From an uncultured Gammaproteobacteria bacterium (GTDB lineage Bacteria; Patescibacteriota; Patescibacteriia; Patescibacteriales; UBA12465), in NCBI GenBank assembly GCA_964522055.1, contig CAZFUP010000001.1, forward strand, positions 8,577 through 72,576: a stretch of DNA of 64,000 nucleotides, read 5' to 3'. A model generated the notes under the pieces. It made no database searches. It had not been told where the DNA came from and was given only the letters and a program-made list of their open reading frames with translations. Positions 59,283-64,000 of the stretch are shown piece after piece. Each line of letters opens with the position of its first letter. Positions within the stretch are counted from its first letter, which is position 1. Made by a program: the position numbers and the translations under genes.

Positions 59283-59650
59283 GACGCGACCCGCAAAGGT
59301 AGTCCAGGCCCCTGAAGTAGACAAACTGTTGGTAACTAAACTTTACTTTTATGCCTTTTTAAGCTATATTTTAAGTGCGAAACCACAATTGAATTTTCGA
59401 AAGACGTGCTTAAAAAGTACGGTCTCTTGTATATAGGAACGGGCACTCCGACCCATACAAGAGGCAGTCTTTCGGGACACCAATTGTGGTTTCGCAACCA
59501 GGTCGGGTGTCCGTTTTTGTTTTCGGGCATTTGACGTTTTATAAATCAAGTTAAGAGGGGGCATAACCTGCTGAGGCTGGTGGCCGTTCCTCCGGCCGAG
59601 CCGGACCGGAATCGGCCACCAGCCAACCTCGGGCAGGTTTGGCTATATGC
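59283..59650. ncRNA. Candidate structured non-coding RNA(s)/recombination-associated structured region (unclassified). Contains a ~120-nt extended hairpin (59376-59496) and a GC-rich (~65% GC) multi-helix element (59556-59645)
   Basis: Perfect 16-bp inverted repeat TGCGAAACCACAATTG (59376-59391)/CAATTGTGGTTTCGCA (59481-59496). Nested perfect IRs CGAAAGAC/GTCTTTCG and CTCTTGTAT/ATACAAGAG. 10-bp IR CTGGTGGCCG/CGGCCACCAG plus ACCTGC/GCAGGT. GC content far above the ~35% background. No ORF of note. Confidence 0.35.
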
Positions 59651-59710
59651 TGTTAATTAATCGCTTGGCACATTGACCTTTGTTCCGTGCTATTTTGAGA
59701 ATAGAGCAAT

Positions 59711-59740
59711 AAAAAAACACCAAAAAGAGAATTTTTGGTG
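59711..59740 (-). terminator. Rho-independent terminator (minus strand) for ORF 59813-60433
   Basis: On minus strand: CACCAAAAA-ttctc-TTTTTGGTG perfect 9-bp stem followed by TTTTTTT. Confidence 0.7.
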
Positions 59741-59812
59741 AATGTTTTGTGAAAGTATATATCAAAAAATCGCCCTTTTTGACCGATTTTCTAAGTTATT
59801 AACATTCACTGT

Positions 59813-60433
59813 TTATTTTGTTGATTTATTGAATTCTGGGCGGTATTTAAAAGGGATTGCTTTTGTTGGTGTTTTATAGTTATTTTGTGATTTTTGTATA
59901 AGACATAAAATATATTTAGATTCTTTAGCTATCCTTCCGTTAGTATCTTCAATTTCCTGCCTAAACACTCTGGAATCGATTTCATCTTTAGGTTTTTTGC
60001 CTAGATTTTTTATCCAACCATTGTAATCATGATATGTCTTAGCCCCATCTTGGTTATTATAGAAGAACCATATAATTAAGGCCCTTTGGCCATCAACCGG
60101 AATCTCGTCGTCTAAGTATTTGATAATTATTTGGCCGCTATTATCATTGCGTGTAATCACTAGTTTTTCTTTAGCCTTTTTTGTTTCTTGGTTTTCTGAT
60201 TCGTCATTTAGAAAATTTGATGTTGGATTTATAAGCCAAATGACCTTTCTGATTATATCGGAGTTTCTCATTCTGATAATTATTTTTTCTCGCCACCCTT
60301 GTTCTATTAACTTGAAGTATAAAAATCTGGCAAAAATGAAAAATAAAATAACTACCATTAGAAAAATAATGGTCATATTCCATATTGATTTAGTTGCCTC
60401 ATGAAGAGCTGAGGCGAATGCTGGGTCTGCCAT
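59813..60433 (-). CDS. Hypothetical membrane-anchored protein (single N-terminal TM helix plus ~165-aa soluble domain)
   Basis: IWNMTIIFLMVVILFFIFARFLYF hydrophobic segment near N-terminus; no recognisable motif; lies in the accessory island. Confidence 0.45.
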   Translation of the reverse strand: MADPAFASALHEATKSIWNMTIIFLMVVILFFIFARFLYFKLIEQGWREKIIIRMRNSDIIRKVIWLINPTSNFLNDESENQETKKAKEKLVITRNDNSGQIIIKYLDDEIPVDGQRALIIWFFYNNQDGAKTYHDYNGWIKNLGKKPKDEIDSRVFRQEIEDTNGRIAKESKYILCLIQKSQNNYKTPTKAIPFKYRPEFNKSTK

Positions 60434-60508
60434 ATTAAGTAAATATAAAACGTTATTTAGTTATTGTCAAAATCGAAAATGTCTTTTAATACTTAATGTT
60501 AATTTTTT

Positions 60509-60537
60509 TTGACTTTTTTGCTTAAAAATTGTAAGAT
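60509..60537 (+). promoter_or_regulatory. Candidate promoter for ORF 60550-61320
   Basis: TTGACT at 60509-60514, 17-nt spacer, TAAGAT at 60532-60537 preceded by TG. Confidence 0.3.
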
Positions 60538-60549
60538 TTAAGCAGATTT

Positions 60550-61320
60550 ATGAATTTATCTTTTAACGCTGCTTTGGCAGATAATTACACGAGCCAATCA
60601 CAAAAAATTAGAGTATTGACCGAAAGCTGGGTTGATAAAAATGCCTATTGCCCTAATTGTGGGCAGTTAAACGTAGATAAATACGGAAACAATAAACCGG
60701 TGGCCGATTTTTATTGTCCAAATTGCCATGAAGATTATGAATTAAAGAGTAAAAAAGATAGCGTTGGCGCAAAAATTGTTGACGGAGCTTATCGAACAAT
60801 GATTGAAAGATTAAATAGCAGTAATAACCCAAATTTCTTTTTATTAAATTATGATCTTGATGCTTTAGAGGTTTTAAATTTTTTAGTCATACCAAAACAT
60901 TTTTTTATTCCCGGAATCATTGAAAAAAGAAAACCGTTGGCAGAAACCGCCAGGCGAGCCGGTTGGATAGGCTGTAATATATTATTACACGGAATTCCGC
61001 AGTCCGGAAAAATATATTTTGTTAAAAATAAGATTGTTCAACCCAAGGAATTAGTTTTATCTGAATGGAAAAAGACTTTATTTTTAAGAGAAGAAAAAGA
61101 AGCTAGTGCAAAGGGTTGGTTGCTGGATATTATGAATTGCGTGGAAAAATTTAGAGGCAGAGAATTTTCGCTGGGCGAAGTTTATAAGTTTGAAGCCGGA
61201 TTGAGCAGGAAGTATCCTGATAACCGTCATATCAAAGATAAAATTCGTCAGCAGCTCCAATTCTTAAGAGATAAGAGGTATTTAAAATTTATAAATCGTG
61301 GAACCTATAAATTATTATAA
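60550..61320 (+). CDS. Zinc-ribbon-containing nuclease-like protein, candidate restriction endonuclease (possibly DpnI/Dam-replacing-family-like, methyl-directed)
   Basis: Two CPNC pairs (YCPNCGQ...FYCPNCHEDYELKSKK) with D-x10-E-L-K spacing reminiscent of PD-(D/E)xK; basic C-terminal region (RQQLQFLRDKRYLKF) compatible with a winged helix; located between defence-type genes. Confidence 0.4.
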   Translation: MNLSFNAALADNYTSQSQKIRVLTESWVDKNAYCPNCGQLNVDKYGNNKPVADFYCPNCHEDYELKSKKDSVGAKIVDGAYRTMIERLNSSNNPNFFLLNYDLDALEVLNFLVIPKHFFIPGIIEKRKPLAETARRAGWIGCNILLHGIPQSGKIYFVKNKIVQPKELVLSEWKKTLFLREEKEASAKGWLLDIMNCVEKFRGREFSLGEVYKFEAGLSRKYPDNRHIKDKIRQQLQFLRDKRYLKFINRGTYKLL

Positions 61321-61346
61321 TTTTTATACTGATTTAATAAAAAATT

Positions 61347-62711
61347 ATGAAACAAATAATAAATTACGATAAATTAATAGTCAATCCAGAAAACTATCGC
61401 TTTGATCCAGTGGATGGCCAGGAACAAGCAATAGATTTAATGATTGAAGAAAAGGGAGCGGAAATATTAAATATGGCGAAACATATCCTTGAAAAGGGCT
61501 TGGATCAGGCCAAGGATTTGAGGGTTTTAGAATTAAAAAATAAAGAGTATCTCGTTTTAGACGGCAATAGAAGAATTGTCGCAATCAAATGTCTTCATAA
61601 TCCGGAGTTAGTAAAAAATAAAAAATTACAAAATGCATTTAAATCACTTTTAAAGACTGGTAAGAAGCCAATATCAAAAATATTGTGTTTTGTGTATTTG
61701 AACGAAAAAGACGCGGCAGAATGGATTAAGTTAGACCACACCGGAAAAAACGATGGAGTTGGACAAGATTCTTGGGGTTCGCCTGAAAAAGAAAGATTTG
61801 GATATAAATTTGAAGGAACGATATCCCCGGCCATGCAAGCGGTTAATATCATAGAAAAAGAACTTGGCAAAAAAATTAATACTAAAAAATTAAAGATATC
61901 CACAGTAAATCGCATATTATCTAGCCCTGACGCTCGTTTATATGTAGGTGTGAATGTTGATAAAGGCAATTTAACTTTTACTTGTGATAAAAACGAGGCA
62001 ATTAAACGATTAGACACTTTGGTTGATAAGATTATTACAAGTAATGTTACTGTTGGCACTGTATATCACAAACCTCAAATAGTAGAGTTTGTTACAGATC
62101 TTTACGGCGCAAAACCTGCTACGTGTAAAAAGCCAACCCTTCCTTTTCCAAGTGTTAGTAATGTGTCTGTCGGTGGTAAGGCCGTACCAGGCACATTAGT
62201 GAAAAATGACTGGATTGATTATAAGGAATATACCGCATATAATGGACCTGAAAAAGTAAAGAAATTACTTAATGAAATGAGGTCATTAGACCCAAAACAA
62301 AATGCAAATATATTAATGCCAGCTTTGCGTGTTTTGTTGGAATTATGTTTATATGATAAATTAAGACAGACAGGACATATCGTAAAATTAGTAAATATTT
62401 ATAAATCTAATATAAAGAATGAAAATACTAATAGAGCTAAGAAGGGAGCGGCCTTAATTTCTGAAAAAAAGAATTGGACGCCAAGTTTTAGAGAAATGCT
62501 AAATTATATTGTCGAAGAAAATAGCGGTGTAATTAATGACCCGCAAGCGCGAGAAATTTTAGAAAAAAAGATTAAAAAGGAAGATAATTTTGTAAAAGGT
62601 CTTAACGATTTCATACATAATGTCCACGATATTCCTGCTAAAGACGATCCAGAAAAAACCTGGAGCGGATTCGGTCGATTACTTTTTGATATAATTAAAG
62701 ATATAAAATAG
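61347..62711 (+). CDS. ParB/Srx-fold (ParBc, ParB-like nuclease/NTPase domain) protein with uncharacterised C-terminal region
   Basis: N-terminal LIVNPENYRFDPV (PNPxQPR-like box) and RVLELKNKEYLVLDGNRRIVAIKCL (GERRxRA-like arginine finger) typical of the ParB N-terminal domain; no ParA partner nearby. Confidence 0.6.
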   Translation: MKQIINYDKLIVNPENYRFDPVDGQEQAIDLMIEEKGAEILNMAKHILEKGLDQAKDLRVLELKNKEYLVLDGNRRIVAIKCLHNPELVKNKKLQNAFKSLLKTGKKPISKILCFVYLNEKDAAEWIKLDHTGKNDGVGQDSWGSPEKERFGYKFEGTISPAMQAVNIIEKELGKKINTKKLKISTVNRILSSPDARLYVGVNVDKGNLTFTCDKNEAIKRLDTLVDKIITSNVTVGTVYHKPQIVEFVTDLYGAKPATCKKPTLPFPSVSNVSVGGKAVPGTLVKNDWIDYKEYTAYNGPEKVKKLLNEMRSLDPKQNANILMPALRVLLELCLYDKLRQTGHIVKLVNIYKSNIKNENTNRAKKGAALISEKKNWTPSFREMLNYIVEENSGVINDPQAREILEKKIKKEDNFVKGLNDFIHNVHDIPAKDDPEKTWSGFGRLLFDIIKDIK

Positions 62712-62720
62712 CAAATAAAT

Positions 62721-63590
62721 ATGTTTTTTTCCCCATTACGCTACCCTGGCGGTAAAAATAAACTAGCAAAATTTATTGCTATGATTTGTTTTGAAAATGA
62801 TATTAATGGACATTATATTGAGCCCTACGCCGGCGGAGCCGCAGTAGCTTTATATTTATTGATTAATGATAAAGTTTCTAAAATAACTATAAATGATAAA
62901 GATCGCTCAATTTATGCTTTTTGGTATTCTGTTTTAAATCATACAACTAAATTTTGTAATTCAATTAATAACACAGAGATAAATGTTAAAAATTGGAAAA
63001 AATTTAAGGAAGTTCAAAAAAATAAAGAAACTGCTGATTTATTTACTTTAGGTTTTTCAACATTTTTTCTTAATCGTACAAATGTTTCCGGCATTATCGA
63101 CGGCGGTATTATTGGTGGGCTAAAACAAGTGGGCAATTACAAGATTAATTGCAGATTTAATAAAAAAACTTTAATTGAAAGAATTAAAAAAATCGCTTCT
63201 TGTAAAGATAAAATAGAATTATACAATTTAGATGCCTTGGATTTAATTAAAAGAATTAATAAAGAATGCAGAAGTTCAAATAAAATATTTTATTTTGACC
63301 CTCCGTATTATTTAAAAGGCGAATCGCTATATTTAAATTGTTATAAGCCAGACGACCATAAACAAGTTAGTGAAGAAATAATAAAGATTAAAAATGCGAA
63401 ATGGATAGTTTCTTATGACAATACGACGGAGATAAAAAAGTTATATAGTAATTGTCAAAAAATTGAATATTCATTTTTTCATACAGCACGCGAAGCAAAA
63501 ATAGGGAAAGAAATTTTATTTTTTTGTGATAAGCTTAAAGTTCCGGTCGTACCAGACCCAACAAGACTTGTCGAAAATGATTATGAATAA
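62721..63590 (+). CDS. DNA adenine methyltransferase, Dam/D12 class (N6-adenine)
   Basis: N-terminal FSPLRYPGGKNKLAKFI (D12-class AdoMet motif), catalytic FYFDPPYY. Confidence 0.8.
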   Translation: MFFSPLRYPGGKNKLAKFIAMICFENDINGHYIEPYAGGAAVALYLLINDKVSKITINDKDRSIYAFWYSVLNHTTKFCNSINNTEINVKNWKKFKEVQKNKETADLFTLGFSTFFLNRTNVSGIIDGGIIGGLKQVGNYKINCRFNKKTLIERIKKIASCKDKIELYNLDALDLIKRINKECRSSNKIFYFDPPYYLKGESLYLNCYKPDDHKQVSEEIIKIKNAKWIVSYDNTTEIKKLYSNCQKIEYSFFHTAREAKIGKEILFFCDKLKVPVVPDPTRLVENDYE

Positions 63591-64000
63591 TTTTAATAAA
63601 GAAGAATTTGAAAAATTAAAAAACAAAGTAGACGCCGAATATAAAAGTATCGGCAGTATTTATAGTCCAGCATTAAAATCTAATATCGCGTTTAATTCTA
63701 ATGGTTTTCATCATTTACGTTATGATAATACCAGGGCTGAAAGAAGTAAGCCGGCTCAGTTAAATAAATTTAGATTTTTTGGCGATGCAATAAATTCAAT
63801 TAAAATTTCAACGACTATTCAAGAGTATCGACGAGTTAAAAATTTCATATGCGGTAAAGAATCTGTTGTAGAGTGGTTTGCTTTTTGGTCTATAACTAGT
63901 TTTATAAAACAGATTAGAATTAGAGTTATAGTTAGAAGAGTGGGCGGAGAAGACGGACAATTTCATTTTTGGAGTGTTATGCCATTTTGGTCTCTTCAAC
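63583..64000 (+). CDS. Hypothetical protein, 3' partial (runs off window end; start overlaps Dam stop, ATGAATAA)
   Basis: ATG at 63583; open frame to the window end, translating MNNFNKEEFEKLKNKVDAEYKSIGSIYSPALKSNIAFNSNGFHHLRYDNTRAERSKPAQL...; not listed in the ORF track because no stop lies within the window. Confidence 0.35.
   Translation, partial: MNNFNKEEFEKLKNKVDAEYKSIGSIYSPALKSNIAFNSNGFHHLRYDNTRAERSKPAQLNKFRFFGDAINSIKISTTIQEYRRVKNFICGKESVVEWFAFWSITSFIKQIRIRVIVRRVGGEDGQFHFWSVMPFWSLQ

Noticed and set aside
59283-59330. Weak resemblance of GCAAAGGUAGUCCAGGCCCCUG to the RNase P RNA P4/CR-I motif (GGAAAGUCCGGGCUCC)
   Set aside because: Requires a 4-nt insertion to align and I could not find the matching CR-V strand (ACAGAANCCGGCUUA-like) downstream; not enough to call RNase P RNA without a covariance-model search.
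59376-59496. Interpreting the 16-bp perfect inverted repeat pair as serine-recombinase att sites or as MITE terminal repeats
   Set aside because: Serine-recombinase att sites are imperfect ~40-50-bp palindromes around a central dinucleotide, not 16-bp repeats 90 bp apart with nested inner helices. A MITE remains possible but the nested coaxial helices look more RNA-like. Left open as a structured-RNA candidate rather than asserted.
59336-59564. Two short minus-strand ORFs (59336-59530, 59364-59564) in the recombinase-upstream region
   Set aside because: They lie inside the helix-dense inverted-repeat region and encode low-complexity peptides; the region is better explained as structured non-coding sequence.
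1-64000. CRISPR arrays, rRNA genes, IS elements with terminal inverted repeats
   Set aside because: No regularly spaced direct repeats of 25-40 nt. No long GC-rich rRNA-like stretches. No transposase ORFs other than the serine recombinase.

Overview
This is a low-GC (~35%) bacterial chromosomal window whose gene content and operon organisation resemble Candidate Phyla Radiation/Patescibacteria genomes. Pointers to that: r-protein L30 is absent between rpsE and rplO, RNA polymerase alpha lacks its C-terminal domain, AlaRS is short, and many ribosomal proteins and sigma-70 carry lysine-rich tails. All large conserved genes read through with standard stop codons and an RF2 (prfB) gene is present, so the standard genetic code 11 appears to be used.

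Layout:
- 1-6.3 kb: cell-surface and glycosylation cluster. It holds an FG-GAP-like repeat protein, an NAD-dependent sugar epimerase/dehydratase, two GT4 glycosyltransferases, one GT2 glycosyltransferase, a DUF2304-like membrane protein and a degenerate PilB/PilT/GspE-family ATPase homolog.
- 6.3-14.4 kb: partial dcw peptidoglycan cluster (mraY-ftsW-murG-murC-[ABC exporter]-murB).
- 14.4-20.5 kb: alaS, then the alpha operon (infA-rpmJ-rpsM-rpsK-rpsD-rpoA-rplQ-rplM-rpsI).
- 20.6-24.3 kb: prfB, comEC, rpmB on the minus strand, and an M50 metalloprotease.
- 24.4-41.6 kb: the str/S10/spc superoperon, rpsL through rplO, then secY and map.
- 41.6-53.8 kb: ruvX, recO, aspS, asnS, scpAB, a D-Ala-D-Ala carboxypeptidase, gtrA, dnaG and rpoD.

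A tRNA-Asn(GUU) lies at 53875-53949. Everything downstream of it (about 53.95 kb to the window end) looks like an accessory defence/mobile island. Its contents are:
- a 707-aa protein with an embedded two-cluster 4Fe-4S ferredoxin-like cysteine motif and a candidate PD-(D/E)xK-like motif, convergent with two adjacent DNA methyltransferases of different classes (a probable Type IIS-like restriction-modification (R-M) unit);
- a large serine recombinase;
- a ~370-nt, strongly structured, partly GC-rich non-coding region;
- a membrane-anchored unknown protein;
- a double-CPNC zinc-ribbon nuclease-like protein (possibly DpnI-like);
- a ParB/Srx-fold (ParBc) protein;
- a Dam-family (D12) adenine methyltransferase;
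- a further ORF running off the window end.

No CRISPR array and no rRNA genes were seen.
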